Shown in pieces: positions 1-25,430 of a stretch of DNA of 64,000 nt (positions are counted from its first letter, which is position 1; each line of letters starts with the position of its first letter). The translations under genes were made by a program, and so were the position numbers. Origin of the DNA: the human T2T-CHM13v2.0 reference genome, Homo sapiens; the NCBI RefSeq assembly GCF_009914755.1, contig NC_060930.1; one strand, written 5' to 3'. The notes beneath the pieces are model-generated. The model did no database searches and was not told the origin of the DNA. It saw only the letters and a program-made list of their open reading frames with translations.

Positions 1-4056
<4,056 letters not shown>

Positions 4057-4203
4057 TGTAAAGAATAGTTCCATTTAAACTGTTTGTTTTTATAGTCAAG
4101 TAGATGGTAACAGTTCTGTTATGTTCCTTCTCCAGGACAAACTTCAAAAAGGGCAGTTCTAAATAGGAATTCCCATTGAAAGATGGAAAGAATAAACCTG
4201 CAT
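4057..4203 (-). CDS. EYS: EYS internal coding exon (exon 32, 147 nt, phase 1-1), N-terminal part of a laminin-G domain
   Basis: Minus strand reads ttttcttttttAG|AT GCA GGT TTA TTC ... ATT CTT TAC A|GTGAGT. It is open for 48 full codons: AGLFFPSFNGNSYLELPFLKFVLEKEHNRTVTIYLTIKTNSLNGTILY, with LamG entry motif FPSFNGNSYL. The 147-nt length fits c.6425-6571, and that numbering places N2151, G2186 and I2188 (EYS variant residues as I remember them) on AAT, GGA and ATT codons. Confidence 0.96.
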
Positions 4204-4228
4204 CTAAAAAAGAAAATGGTATTAATAT
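4204..4228 (-). promoter_or_regulatory. EYS: 3' splice acceptor with polypyrimidine tract and candidate branch point
   Basis: Minus strand atattaataccattttcttttttAG. TTAAT about 20 nt upstream of the AG is a plausible branch site. Confidence 0.88.
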
Positions 4229-4571
4229 GTTCTGATAGCATTATATTGCTACTCAAGTAGATAAAAACTTAGCATTTATAGTTAGCATTCATTTGAAAAG
4301 GTAACACTAGTATTTAAAATGTTAGGTCCAATTTTAAGAACTTTAGATATAAAGTGTAATAAATTTATATTTATTGCCTCAAATAATTCACTACCAGTAC
4401 AGAGGAAAAGACTGAATAAGAGTTATAATTTGATGTTTATGGATGGGTTTTAAGACATAACAAACACTCTAAAATTGTCTGAAAAAAATTTGTGTACTTG
4501 CATTGTGAAATCAGTGTTTCACCAGATTCTTTTGCGATATTTTGTGATGTGAAGGTTGTATTGTTTGTTAA

Positions 4572-4720
4572 TTTTTAATTTTTGTGTTTACATTGTAGGT
4601 ATATATATTTATGGGTTTCATGAGATATTTTGATACAGGAATACAATGTATCATAATCACATCAGGGTCAATGGAGTATCCATCACCTTAAGCATTTATC
4701 CTTTGGGTTACAAACATCAA
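4572..4720 (-). mobile_element. L1MA 3'-end fragment, followed by a short plus-strand L1M 3' end (about 4721-4780)
   Basis: tgagatattttgatacagg...aatcacatcagggt...atccatcacct matches the L1MA 3'UTR in reverse. Confidence 0.7.
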
Positions 4721-5112
4721 GATATACACTTAAAATTGATAAATTTTATTTGATGTAATTATATGTCAATAAAGTGAAAAAAATTCTGTGACACACAAAG
4801 GTTAGAGAACTGTCACACAGAGGAATTTTATTAATGTTCATTAATATTTAGTGCTTTTCAATAATACTTAGTTATTTTATAAGTAGTATTACTATAATAT
4901 GCAAGGTTATTAGTTTTAGACTTATAGAATTATTTGTATTTTAAATAATCTCACAAAATCTTGGTGCACATAAAATTTAAAACATTTCATTGTTATAGAT
5001 CTATATTCATATCTATTAAAATATAATTGGTACATAGAACAAGTGTAACACATGGTATGTTGAAAATGCAACTTCTTTAACATTTGGTAATAAAAAAAAG
5101 AAAATGCAACTT

Positions 5113-5515
<403 letters not shown>

Positions 5516-5865
5516 TGAGAAACTAATATCCAGTCTAAGAAATTTAGTAACAGTTAAATCTTCCATCAGAGATATGATTTCTCCTATCCTCCTTCACCAG
5601 CCTATCTCTGTAGGGTGGCCTGACACCTGCTGTCTTCCTTGAGGGGCAGAAGTAACCTGGTTTCTGTTCTTCTTTTTATCACCTCTCCTAAGGTTAGCTG
5701 CTGTTTCTGACCCTTCCAGCTTTGAATGGGGAGAAAGTAAGGTGGGGTGGAAAGGAAAGACTACACAGTAAAGAAGAGCTGTTAGAAATGGCAATTGTAC
5801 TGTTGTAACCAGGCATCTTGCTCTTTAGGAAGGGAACATGTTTAAAACTGGTTGTTTCTTTCATG

Positions 5866-6361
<496 letters not shown>

Positions 6362-6487
6362 TGACTCATGAGCATTTATTCAATCTTTGGAAACCTTTGT
6401 CAACTGCCACGCCTAGGATTTGCAGCCATACCCTGCCTTCTTTCTTGTCACTTCTATCTTGGTCTTGCTCTGATTTTTCAAACTCTT

Positions 6488-7047
6488 GTTGTTGACAGTG
6501 ATTTGCCTGTGTCAGTGCAAACATTGCACAGATTAAGTTAAGTAGGCAAGGATGACTTTTCCCAAGGCTATTGCAATAAGGGAGAGGTCAGAACTCAGTC
6601 TGAGCTCAACTGCTTTGTAATAAAGTAAAGGGTGGGAGAGTTTTTAAGAGCTGGAGTGAGAGAGAACACAGGCTGTCTGTGTTTGCTAATTGGCTTTATT
6701 CAAAGGATAAGTAAACTTTCTCTTATCTTTGTATTAGGACATAGTTTTACAACTAGGAATCAAGGCACCCATTGAAGTTAGTCTTATACCCTCCCCTAGA
6801 GGTGGACAGATGGGCTGCTGTCTTCTTTTATGATTACATTTTGGGGGAGCAGTGGTTCCAAGAACCTTAAGAAAGATTCCTGGCTGGTAAAACTGACAAG
6901 ATCTTTAAAAGATTTATGTTTCAAAGGCAACAGAGAAATAATGTAATACGGAAAGTTTTCTAAAGTAAATGCTCCAAGGACCTAGTCAGGAAGAAACCTT
7001 TCTAAAGTTTAGTTAAGCTAAGAAGAGTGTTAAGGCCATCTTAGTCA
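6488..7047 (-). mobile_element. Solo ERV LTR (MER67/MER4-group-like)
   Basis: About 560 bp with TG...CA ends. Minus strand begins tgactaagatggccttaacactcttcttagcttaactaaactttag, resembling MER67-type LTRs; family uncertain. Confidence 0.5.
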
Positions 7048-7221
7048 CTTAACAAGCAGCATTTGGGAAGAACATAAAATGACTTCAGGCCAGTTGCTTT
7101 TCCTGAGGGGTACATATCTAGTCCGTGGTAAAGACTCTTAAATTCCTGGTCATCTCCTGCCCTACTGTATGTGGGGTATAGTTAATTTCCAACCAAACTC
7201 TGTCTCTGTTTTTCTTCTGTT

Positions 7222-7476
7222 GTTTTTTTTGAGACAGAGTCTTGTTCTTTTGCACAGGCTGCAACTGTGGTGCAGTCTCTGCTCACTGTAACCCCCGCCT
7301 CCCGAGTAGCTGGGATTACAGGTGCATGCCACCATGTCTGGCTAATTTTTGCATTTTTAGTAGTGATGGGTTTTCGCTATGTTGGCCAGGCTGGTTGGGC
7401 TCCTGACCCCAAGTGATCCACCTGCCTAGGCCTCCCAAAGTGCTGGGATTATAGGCGTGAGTCACCCTGCCCAGCC
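7222..7476 (-). mobile_element. Alu with internal deletions
   Basis: Reverse Alu lacking the gggttcaagcgattctcctgcctcagcctcc segment. Confidence 0.88.
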
Positions 7477-7477
7477 C

Positions 7478-7535
7478 TCTGTCTCTTTCTCTCTCCCCCT
7501 CCTTCTCCTTCCAGACGCGTGCGCGTGCGCACGTG

Positions 7536-7569
<34 letters not shown>
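7478..7569. repeat. Compound CT-rich / (CG,TG)n / (CA)n microsatellite
   Basis: Pyrimidine run at 7478-7512, then 55 bp of strict purine-pyrimidine alternation at 7515-7569. Confidence 0.95.
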
Positions 7570-8149
7570 GTGCTGCTTTAGCTCAGCTATGAATGTATGA
7601 CTATAGGTCAACAGTCCATGGTGCTACTTTCTAAGTGATCCAGCTGTAGCTATCTCCAAACACATTGTCAGGTACGGTGGGTGGAAGAGGGTGGGGAGTG
7701 AAGTCCACAAGATAGCCTTCTTCAAAAACATTTTCTCAAAATTATCTCTTAAAATCTTCTGGTCCAAATACATACCCTTTTTAAATCAAGAATACTTTCT
7801 AGTTAAATCTTGCTTTTAGGTATGGCACCTCATTTGTTTACAGTGTTATATCCTGTTGTGCAAAAGAAAGTTTATTTTTAATATCCTGTTTATGCCTATA
7901 ACTTGTGAAGGTTAGTTGTTAGAATCAGGTATAAACAATACAACTTAACTATTATTAAACTGCTTTACTTAAGTTATATGGTATCACAAAAGTTACCGTT
8001 TGTTGGCCTTCTACACACAATCTTTTACTCTTAGAAATTTACCTACCTGGTTCTGCATTTTATTGAATCTGTTTTTTCAAAGGTTATTAAGGCCTTGTTA
8101 GCAAGTTCTTCATCGGTGCTTATGAGCACTGATGCCTAGAAATCTCCAT

Positions 8150-8900
8150 AATACTAAGCCGTCATTTTTATTAAAACTTTCTCTTTCCTTGTCTTTCATG
8201 ACACTGTTCTGTACTTTGGCTGTCTTCTTACCTACCTTTTGCAGACTGTTTCTTCAACCACTTTATAACACACATAGTTTCCAAGGCTCTGTCCTCTGTC
8301 TTGAGTCCTCTAATCATTTCTGACTTTTCTACATCTGCTGCTCCTTCAGTTTCTAACTCATAGTACTTAGTGTTCCAAGCTTAGAAACTCAGCATCATTA
8401 TCTACTCGTCTCTTCCCAAACTAGTTGCTAGATCCTGACACTTGCTTAAATCAAAGCTTTTGTCTTTCCTTCTGCTACCACAACCCTTTAAGTTCTCATT
8501 GTTTCAACTGAACTGTTGCAGTGGCTTCTTTCTAACTTGCTTTCCTTCCTACAGTGTCTATTAGTTGTCATTGCTGCCATGTCAATTTTATTCAATCATA
8601 ATTACCTGAGACCTTTGGTCAAAAACTTCAGTGGCTACAGTATAATTATCAAGTAAGCCAGGCCCTCCATGGTCTTCCTTTTTAGTGCTTCTACACATAC
8701 ATATCTCCTGCTAAGGTTGAACCAACTTTCTTTTGTTTCTCTACTTGTGTTCATACTGTTCTATCTTTGTAGAACGTTCTTCCTCAAATCCTAGGTATAA
8801 AATTTCTCCCTTAATTCAAGGCCTACTTGAATATTCTCCCAAATTTGAACTCCTCAAAGCATTGTATCCGCAACTTTTTTAGTCTATGTATTGTTTTTTA
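8150..8900. mobile_element. Degraded L2 fragments
   Basis: Pyrimidine-rich with L2-like phrases (aaactcagcatcattatctactcgtctctt, cttaattcaaggccta); very diverged. Confidence 0.45.
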
Positions 8901-9429
8901 TCCTACGTTACAATTGTTGGCATAAATATAGAATTGATAATATAGTAAACCTAATAATTTGGATGAAGGCAGTGAAGTGACTTTAATTAGTAGAAATAGA
9001 ATGTCCTAAGCATATGAATTCTAAGAAGGCACTGGGGAAAATATGAGTTAAGGAGGTGAGTTTCCTTTCCTGTGACCAGAAACGATTATAACATAGTTGG
9101 AATGTCACTTATGGAGCAGAAGGTTTGCAGATGCTGAACTGCACATGCATCAACTTTTAATGATAGAAGAAAAGCCATATACCAATCAAGTTAAGATGCA
9201 ATGTAACTAGCTAGACACTAGGAGAAGTTTGGATATGAATTTGGATACCATTAGTAGAGGAAAATGGTTAAGTTTACAAAGAGATGGACTTGGCTTGTAA
9301 ATAAATAGGATCCTTAGCATATAACTTGGAAACTATTTGGATGTTGCATATCTGTTGATTCTACCATAGATATGGTTTTAGACAGTTTCTTCGTGTTATT
9401 TTTGCCTATCTTACTGGGAGTCACTAATG

Positions 9430-9545
9430 AATTCAACGCATTCAACAAACATCTATCAAGTGACTACTACATCCCAAATACTCATCAGGGAATACAGTGT
9501 TGAGCAAATATATAAAGATTACCCTAATGGAGCTTAGATTTTAGC
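9430..9545. mobile_element. L2 3'-end fragment
   Basis: attcaacaaacatctatcaagtgactact...atggagcttagatt. Confidence 0.55.
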
Positions 9546-12429
9546 TTCATAGAAGGAAACCCCAAGTTAGGAGTTGCACATGTTTTTGGGAGGTCCTGGA
9601 CAAATGTGCCATCATGTTCTCTTGACCATTTTTCTTGACATTTGTTGTCACCAGGAGCATTGAAACTAATGTGAGATGGAAGACTAGATAAAAAGGAAAG
9701 TCCATAAGCCTATCTCATCTATCCTCCTACAGTATACATTCTCTGAAGAAAAGATCTGTGTTTGATTCACCTTTGATCCCCCTATGGCATGTCCAACTTT
9801 GCACATGTTAGGCAAATGCTATATTCTTTGATAAATACAAATACAACTAAAATGATCATACATGGTAGTTTGAAAACAAAAATCAGAAAAATATTTTATA
9901 AATAAAATGGGATGAGAAAAGGTAATGATGAGATTCCAGCATTTTTCTTGTTGTTAGGGCTTTTCACACTATTGATAAGTCCACCAGAAAATGTTTGAGA
10001 AAGGATAGTCTTTATATATGGGTTTATATATGAATTAAATTATTTGGTTTTATAATTAGGTTTTACTTATTCTGAGAAGCAATGAACTCACAAAGTACAA
10101 TAAAAATATAATTCAATTTGCTAAAAAATGACTTCCGTGTTGCTTTGCAGGAGCACATCTATTATATAATTCAGGTGCACCTGCCTACTTTCTGGCTCAC
10201 ACACTCTTTGAACCTGTTTTCAGTGCTGACAGGTTTTATGAAAATTATGACAGGAAACAACAATTATAAGCAATAAACATTTGCTATTGAATTGCTTTCT
10301 AACCATATTAATTTTCATTATCACCGTGTTTAGTGGATATGTTGAAAAACAGAACTGCCCTGAATATGGAAAACAAGACTAATTGGGGTTAGGCAGAGTG
10401 TTTTCCCGCTGCTTCCAAAAGCCTCTTCAGGCGATGCTATTTGAACACACTCCAAATTTATTTCTCTTCCAATTATAAATGAAAAAAGCAACAAGGTCTT
10501 TATACGAAACATGTATTAAACATCTTACATATAGTATACTATATTACTTATAGTATTGAATTACTGGGTACTGACTACAAAATGACATCTAAAATATACT
10601 CTGCAATGTTTGAATGTCTTAAAAGATCATATAGACTTATCAAACTAATTATATTAACTTTGATATGATTCACAAAATAAAGTTAATTTTGAGTCATGGG
10701 AACATCTAATAAATCAAGATGGAGAATCTTTTAAGTTCCTAAATTATATTAAAAAAAATCTCAAATTGGCAAAGGAAGCTATGAAAGCACAGTATTGAGT
10801 TTGAAATAACTTATGCTAAAAGTATGGATTATCATTTTTATTATTTTTTTTAACCAAGCATAGTTCTGTAGTATGAATCAGGGCCACTATCAATAACAAC
10901 TCATTGAAATTTTATCCAAGAGAGTACAACAGAATATTATAAAGAAAACACAAAAGAGATGAGTATCTTTACCCTGAACACAACGCAACTTAGCAGAATA
11001 AAAGTTAGTGATTCTGAATAGAAATGATGCCCCTTTGTCTACAGCACAAATCCCCTTAGCCTTCTATAAAGGCCTTCTATTAGCTAACCTCAGAGTCTGA
11101 CACACTAATACACATAAAGCTACAAATACAATGGGTCACAAATTATTCATATACAAGTTGATTGTATTTCTTGGTACCAGAAGAAACAGAATATTGTTTG
11201 CTATTTCTTTATAATGGAAATAGATTTGATTTACTCAATAGAAATTAAAAATTAATACTACTGATGTTTTTGTTGAGTAGTTTTTCACCTTCCCCAGAAA
11301 GGACATCGTACAAACTCTGTGACGAAGTTTATAAAAAAGAAGGTGACTGAAATGATGCAATTATTATTTTAATTTAAAAATATTACATTTTCCACTTATG
11401 AGTCTAATTTTATTAAAATCTGTGATTTAAATGAATATCACCAGTTTATAAGTCCATGTATCTCCTTTCCTGAAGAAGCATTCATTAAAAAAATAAGTCT
11501 AACCAATAATATTCAAAGGTTTAGAAACTATAATTACCTACATTTATTATAATATTATAAAATTAAATCTCAAGATACATGAAATTTTAAATACTATATA
11601 TAAATAAGAATCAATTTATAATTTTCAGTGATTACAATTAAAATGATTATAATTATGATTATCAATATCTTAAATATTTACATATAGTACAAACACTAAA
11701 TATAATACTGTATATCCTATAATATAGTATATATAAATTATACTAAACTTTTTTACCACATTATACATTTTTGCTTATTTTAGAATTTAAAAAATTTAGA
11801 TTTAGATGACTTGAGTTTCATAGACTAAATTATTACACTTACTTGAATAATTTCTTCACATTAGACATTCACATTTCTATTAATCCATAAACACTGATAA
11901 ATTTGTTAAGTGCTGATAAAAATTTACTACTCTCTTGTTGCTGTTAGTACAGCTGTTATTTTTGCTACATCTATTTTTCCCCCACAGAAGAGAACTTCTA
12001 AAAATCAGCAGAACTAACATTTCTCCTTTTGATTGTACCTACTTCATTCCTTCATTTAAAGCATGAAAAGAACTGCTCTACATCTGACCAAAGCAATGCA
12101 CAAGGAAACAATGTTTTAGAACACCCTTTCTCATCCTTCACTGTCACTTCCAATCTAGCATTACTTTTTCATCCCTGATTTCTCTGTTAACAGTTGATCA
12201 TCATGATTTGCTATTTGATCCTGTCAAAAATCTGAGGCCCCAAAGCTCTGACCCCACTTCCTTTCTCTTACTAAATAAAACATCGTTTAGCACACCAACA
12301 AGATCTTCAATGCAGGAAAAATAAAACTAGGACAAGAAAGGTATGAAAAACTATCAATATTTCTCATTGTACTTGACATGCCATAATAGCTACCATTCTC
12401 TCTCTAGTCTATTCTTAAATCTTTTCTAC

Positions 12430-13310
12430 TTTAGAAATTCTCCCTGAGTGATCTCATTTGTTCCTATAACTTTAGCTACTTTCTAATTTCTGAAAACTGT
12501 CAGATTTTAATCTTTAACATAGATAGAGCCTGACTTAACATATTCATCTGTTTAATGGACAGATTCACTTGGAAAAATATAGGTAACCTAAACTTAACAT
12601 ATTTAAACCCATTTTATTATTTTTCTTCTTTGAAATGTAATCTTTTTCAATATAGAATTGATAATACCTTTCTTGTTATCAACACAAATATATACTTCTA
12701 TTGCAGCTCTTATTCAACTGCATAGTCCATTTTTTTTGTATGACTCACCATGTGACAGCTGTGAGTTCCTTAAATGCAGGCAGAGTGGCTTAATTTTTTT
12801 TGTGTGTCCTCAGAAAATAACACATTTTTGGCAAATACTCAACGTTTGATGGCTGAAAAAACATGCCTCTAATTTTTGTCTTGCGTTTAATTTTAGAATT
12901 TCCATCTATCAAGTTATTCAAATAACAATTTTGTCATAGTCATCCAAACTTCTTCCTTTGTTCCTCTTCCCATCCTTCCACTCACCACATCATTCTATAT
13001 TTGGTTATTTAATTCAAATGGTTCCTCTTCACTTGGAATGCCATCTTCTTCTGCCTGTACTATTTGAATACCTCCTAACTTGTCTTCATTCCTTTCATAT
13101 CTCCTCTGTTAATTACTGCCAAATGGATGTTATTTAAACACAAATTTGAATTTATTCTGTTTAAAGAGTCTTCCCTGGTCCTTCATTGGCAGCAAATAGT
13201 AACCCTTTCAGTTTGGCATCGAAGACTGTTCTTAACTCACCTTCCAAGACTGCCTGATTCCCTAATTACCCCATGTGATAGCCACACTCTACTACTTGGC
13301 ACTTTGAACA
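12430..13310. mobile_element. Degraded L2 fragments
   Basis: ctccctgagtgatctcatttg, cacttggaaaaat...aacttaacat, tttggcaaatactcaacgtttg. Confidence 0.5.
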
Positions 13311-13957
13311 TTCATTAATTTTGAAATTAATAAATTTGTAATATTGTAATTAACATACATTAATGATTCCATTAATATACTTAAAGCATATTGGTCTTTA
13401 CCTCGTCTTAAATCATTTCAGTAATTTTATCTTTTGAAAACATTTATCCCTTTCAGAGAAGTCTTCAGACACATTGCCGTTGATTTATATATAGACTATA
13501 ATACTTTTAAAGTATACTTTGTCAATGGTTATGTCCTTATTTTATCTCTGTTGTTCTAAAATTTCTTCCCTCACCCCCAGATTAACCTTTCCCAGAGACA
13601 GAGAAAGCCAGCAAGGGTCTGGGCTGCTGTGATGCTTTAATTAAAAGTGTTCCACTCTGTTCTGTTTTTTATTGAGGGTACATGAGTAATATTTTGCAAA
13701 ATATGTTTGCAGAGTTTTATTAAGAAAGGGCATGCAGGACTGACTTCACATGTGAAGCTACAATTAAGCTGCTGCGTGCTATGACCCAGGCCTCTACGTT
13801 GATGGTCCCCAGACTTGTTCCCATCATGGCTGGGTGGATCAGGCACTGAGAACATGACTCGTGCTGTTTAAACATGACCATGTGATTGAAACTAGGTGCC
13901 AATTAATTAATTCTTAAAATATATCACTTTAATACAGCTTGGGATACTGACATTGTC

Positions 13958-19947
<5,990 letters not shown>

Positions 19948-20139
19948 ACTGACATTGTCATGATCATTGTATTGTTTCCTACAGCCATGCTAATGGAAGG
20001 AGGAGAATATGGAAGAAAATTATAATTAGTAAGTCGTTGGTAATGAAAACCAGAACACAAAAAAATTGGACAAATTACAAAAAGAGACATTTTGGCAAAA
20101 AATGTTTATAAAAAGTGAAATGTGTTAAAGAATACCTCA

Positions 20140-21185
<1,046 letters not shown>

Positions 21186-21389
21186 TTATAAAGTCATTGG
21201 TAATTATAAAAATTAGCACCCAGAAAATTAGAGAACACTTATAAGGCCACAGTGAGATATTCTAATGCCTCAATCCTTCTAATTTATCTTCTGTCCTCAT
21301 CATTCCAGTGAAACAACTGTCACTAAAATTATCATTGAATTCAATGGCTCATTAAGATTTCAAAATACAGTCATAGTAATTCATATTTT

Positions 21390-22020
21390 ATGCCCATTTT
21401 TCCCCCTTTGGTATGGCTAGTATGGAAAGTCTTTGGAAATGAGTGTTTGAGAATGACAATGAATAATAATTAGTAAGTAGTAAGCCTAATTAAGCATGGT
21501 TGCAATAATAGCCCCTGTTTCAGATGTGATCACTTTATGAAACCAAATAAATAATGTTTTCTTTACCTAGTATGTAAATATTCAGCAAAGCCTTTTTTTC
21601 TCTATTCTGAAAAGATGGGAACTTTAGAATTAGTTTGCCTTTGCCTAGCAAGGATGAAATTATACCTTCACAGTCTTGTCTCAAGGTTATATCAACTCTC
21701 CAACACTGTATCACAATTCAATCTATGAGGAACTTGTTTGCCAAGTATTCTGTTTGATGATCTTCCATGTTGATGATATCTTGTTGACAATATCTGGTGA
21801 TCGGACACAGAAATAGACAGTATCTAGATGCCTTAATAAAATATATGAGTACTTAAGCATGGAGGATAAATCTCATGGAAATTAAGGAAGCTGACACTTA
21901 GGAAAGTTTCATGGGTCCTTTCATCTAGAGCATTCCTTTCACCTAAAATATCCCTTTCCAAACAGAAAAAGTTACTGCTAGCTGGTGGGTTAACTACAAC
22001 CATAAAGGAGCATGCTGAGG
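21390..22020 (+). mobile_element. ERVL-class pol (reverse transcriptase) fossil
   Basis: Frame from 21634 reads FAFA*QG*NYTFTVLSQGYINSPTLYHN...IFHVDDILLT (LPQG and YxDD boxes). Upstream VWLVWK..LRMT and downstream DALIKYM..AWRIN are collinear with ERVL RT. Confidence 0.8.
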
Positions 22021-22249
22021 ACAACTGGCACACTAAGAATAACATCACAGAGAATTTGAAAAAAATTGTATCTTTTTCTGTATGATTTTCAACTCAAGAA
22101 ATATATTTAAATTATTGCTTTATATAGATAATCTTTTCCTTTTTGATTATTTGAGACTGTAATTCTGAAACAGTTTTTCTTATTCTGGAAAATTTCCTTT
22201 TCAAGATGCTAAACCGTCTCAGTTTTTTGTTTTTCTGAGGATATACTTA

Positions 22250-22800
22250 TTTGGACCTTATTGTCTAAATGAAGGTTTACCTGTGCAGATATTTCTAGAC
22301 TGATATTTAGCTTCTCTGTGCAATTTGAAAATATTATTTCACTCTTGATTTAAAATAATTGTATATATGCTAGAATAATTATACTACTTTCTGTCAATCA
22401 TTTTTAACTTATCTTGCATATTTGCTTTGTCTCTCTCTGCTACATTATTCAGGCCTAACTTCCTGTTCTTTAATTCTTTTCTTAGCTATACCTAATCTGC
22501 TGTTTAATTCACCTTTTAAAATTTCAATGATGATATATTTTATTACATTGCCTGGAATTTTGTGATAGTTTCTCTTTTGCCCTGCTTGTTTTTCAATTTC
22601 CTATGGCATTTTCCTGAGCATTTAACATATATTAGTTTTTTATTTTTGAGTTTAATGAATCTCACAGCCAAAATCCTTTGGAGTATAATGCTGCTGTTTA
22701 TTTTTTTTTTCCACAGCATTTTGCCTGGGGAGCTCATCTGTTTTAGCTGGTATTCCCTTTTTTATTATGTGGTTTTTTTATTGATATTTATTGGTGAGGA
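22250..22800 (-). mobile_element. Very old L1M/HAL1-like fragment
   Basis: T-rich; cttagctatacctaatctgctgtttaatt resembles an antisense L1ME/HAL1 ORF1 region. Confidence 0.4.
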
Positions 22801-23844
22801 TCAATAGTAACCCAATTTGTAGAATTTACATTTGCAAAAGTAAACTTACATTTGCTTCTTCCAAATATCCTGACACTTTCATACTGGCACTTCTTATATT
22901 TCTAGTTGAGAATTTCTTCAACCACATTTGTAAAATAAGTTAGAACCCTGAACCTTACATGAGAGAAGGGTCATTAAAGAATTCTTAGGGTAGGGGGTGG
23001 TTACTTACCCAACTGTAGCTGACGTGGCTGAGCACCAGTAGTTTTCTTGTTGCTTTTCTTTTCTGTTAGGCACTCCCCCTCCTCCACCTGCTCATTGTCA
23101 TTGAATCTGAAGTCCCTTGGAGTTCTAAACTTTATTTATTAACAGTTTTCAGTTTCAACTCTTGATTTTGTTCAGGCACAAAGATCTTTTTTTTTGTGTC
23201 TCATGCTGGCCTTGAAATCCTATATCTTAAGTAGCTAAAACCAGCAAATGTTGTGGTATCACTGTCTGTCATGCTTTTAAAAACGGATTCCTCTCAGTTT
23301 TTTGGCTCTTACTGCATTCCTTTATTTTGGAACTGTGGAAATGACATTCTGAACTCAACTACAAATTCAAAAGAATGTTTATTTTATTTTGTCCAACATT
23401 TTAATAGATTTTTTTTTTAGTGGGAAGGTTTTCAGACTATCTTCTGTGCCAACTGTCAAAAGTAGAATCCCAGTGCTATATTTTGAAGATTGTGTAGATT
23501 ATTTGAAACCCAAGTAACAGCACCATCTCTCTCAATTAGACTTGCCTGGAGACCTAACAGCAAAAGTTTCCTTAAAAGCACAGACGAATCAAAAAGCCTA
23601 ATAACTTATAGAATAAATAATGGTTTCTTCAGTATTTCTTATTCATGTATATTCATGATGCATGCATGCACATAAAAGCAAAACAAAATGAGATAAAATG
23701 TTTTGAGAACAAAAACAAAAATAGAAAACCAGAACAAAACAGAAACCACAAACTTGGCAACAAAAAAAAAATGATTTTGTTTGTTAGGTTTATCGGTATG
23801 TCTCTACAAATATGAAAAATGTAGAGTAATAGTCTAATAGTCTA

Positions 23845-24338
23845 GTTCCCATTTTTTTTGGCACCAGAGACTAGTTTCATGGAAGACATTCTCCAAAGAC
23901 TGGGGTGGGATGGGGGAATGGTTTTGGGATGATTCAAGCCCATTACGTTTGTTGTGTACTTTATTTCTATTATTATTACATTGTGATGTATAATGAAATA
24001 ATTATACAACTCACCATAACATAGAATCAGTGGGAGCCCTGAGCTTGTTTTCCTGCAACTAGATGGTCCCATCTGGGGGTGATGTATTAGATTCTCATAG
24101 GGAGTGTGCAACCTAGATCCTTCATATGTGCAGTTCCCAATTGGGTTTGTGCTCCTAGGAGAATCTAATGCCACTGCTTATCTGACAGCGGGTGGAGCTC
24201 AAGCAGTAATGAGAGTGATGGGGAGTGGCTGTAAGTACAGAGGAAGCTTCGCTGGATCACCCACCACTCTCCTCCTTCTGTGCCGCCGGTTCCTAACACT
24301 CCACACTGATACCATGGCCCGGGTGCTAGGAACCCCTG
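23845..24338 (+). mobile_element. MER1A hAT-Charlie DNA transposon
   Basis: tttttggcaccagagactagtttcatggaagac ... tcagtgggagccctgagcttg ... tattagattctcatagggag ... aacccctg. Confidence 0.88.
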
Positions 24339-25357
24339 GTCTATGCCACTTGTAGATAATTTAAAGAATTGAATGTGTAGCATAATATTCTTCTTTATGT
24401 TTTTGAAATAATGACTTTTAAATATAATATTAAGTTCCCAAGTATTTCAAAGTGTGGGTAAAATACATAGAAAATTGCCAGAAAAATACTGAAACACACT
24501 TAAGAAAAAGCTTAGAAGATTTTTTGAAGAGTAAATTTTTTAAAGTAAATAGCTATCATTTTCAAGAGTGAATTTTGGCAGACTTTTCTGACTATTAAAA
24601 TGATGAATATTGACAATAACACTAATTCATAAAAATATCTTAAATGATAATAAAAAGAAACCCTTCCCATAAGGCAAAACCAAGATGATTAAGCTGCCAA
24701 TCAGAAAATCTTGATTATATCAAATACTCTAGTCCATTTAAAAATAGCCATTGTTTATGATAAACTGCAGTTGAATGAAGAGAATATTTTTCAAAATCTA
24801 ATTACTACATCAAGTATTTGTATCAAAATGAGTTTAGTATTTTTTATTTTACAATAGATTATAAGCAAAGAAAAATCTAAACTTTTACATAATGATTTTT
24901 AAAATACTACCAAAATTCTTGTATATTTGATTCACATTGTGATGATTATGATTATTTTGATTGTAAAAGCGACATTACCAAAGTAAAATAATAGTTTCAT
25001 ATTGTAATATAATTTGATATTTATTAAATGGATCCACATAATTAATGATGTTCTTTTTTTAGCTATCAACATACCTTTCAGAAATACAAACATATCTTTT
25101 TTTTCATGACTTCAAATATCTGTAGTGATTTTTTCCCAACCTACAACTTCCTAGCTTAGTAGAGGGCAGAGCATTCACATGTAATTAAAAAAATCCTTAC
25201 TTAACAGAGAACATTTGTAGCATGGTGTAGAAGAAAGGGAATATGATAGGTAGAGAAAAAAGATGCCCCACATGATGCCTTTACAATAGAAACAGTTTAA
25301 AGCCTGGATGATGATAGAACAAGATGGTTTGAATCAAACTCCTAGAGGAAGAATATA

Positions 25358-25430
25358 CTGCAAGATGGTGGTTATGGGAGGAAAATCTTTCCTACCCACT
25401 CTATGGAAGAATTGTAAACTAGATAAATAA
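25358..25430 (+). repeat. 73-bp dispersed direct repeat, copy 1
   Basis: 72/73 identical to 27351-27423. Confidence 0.95.
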
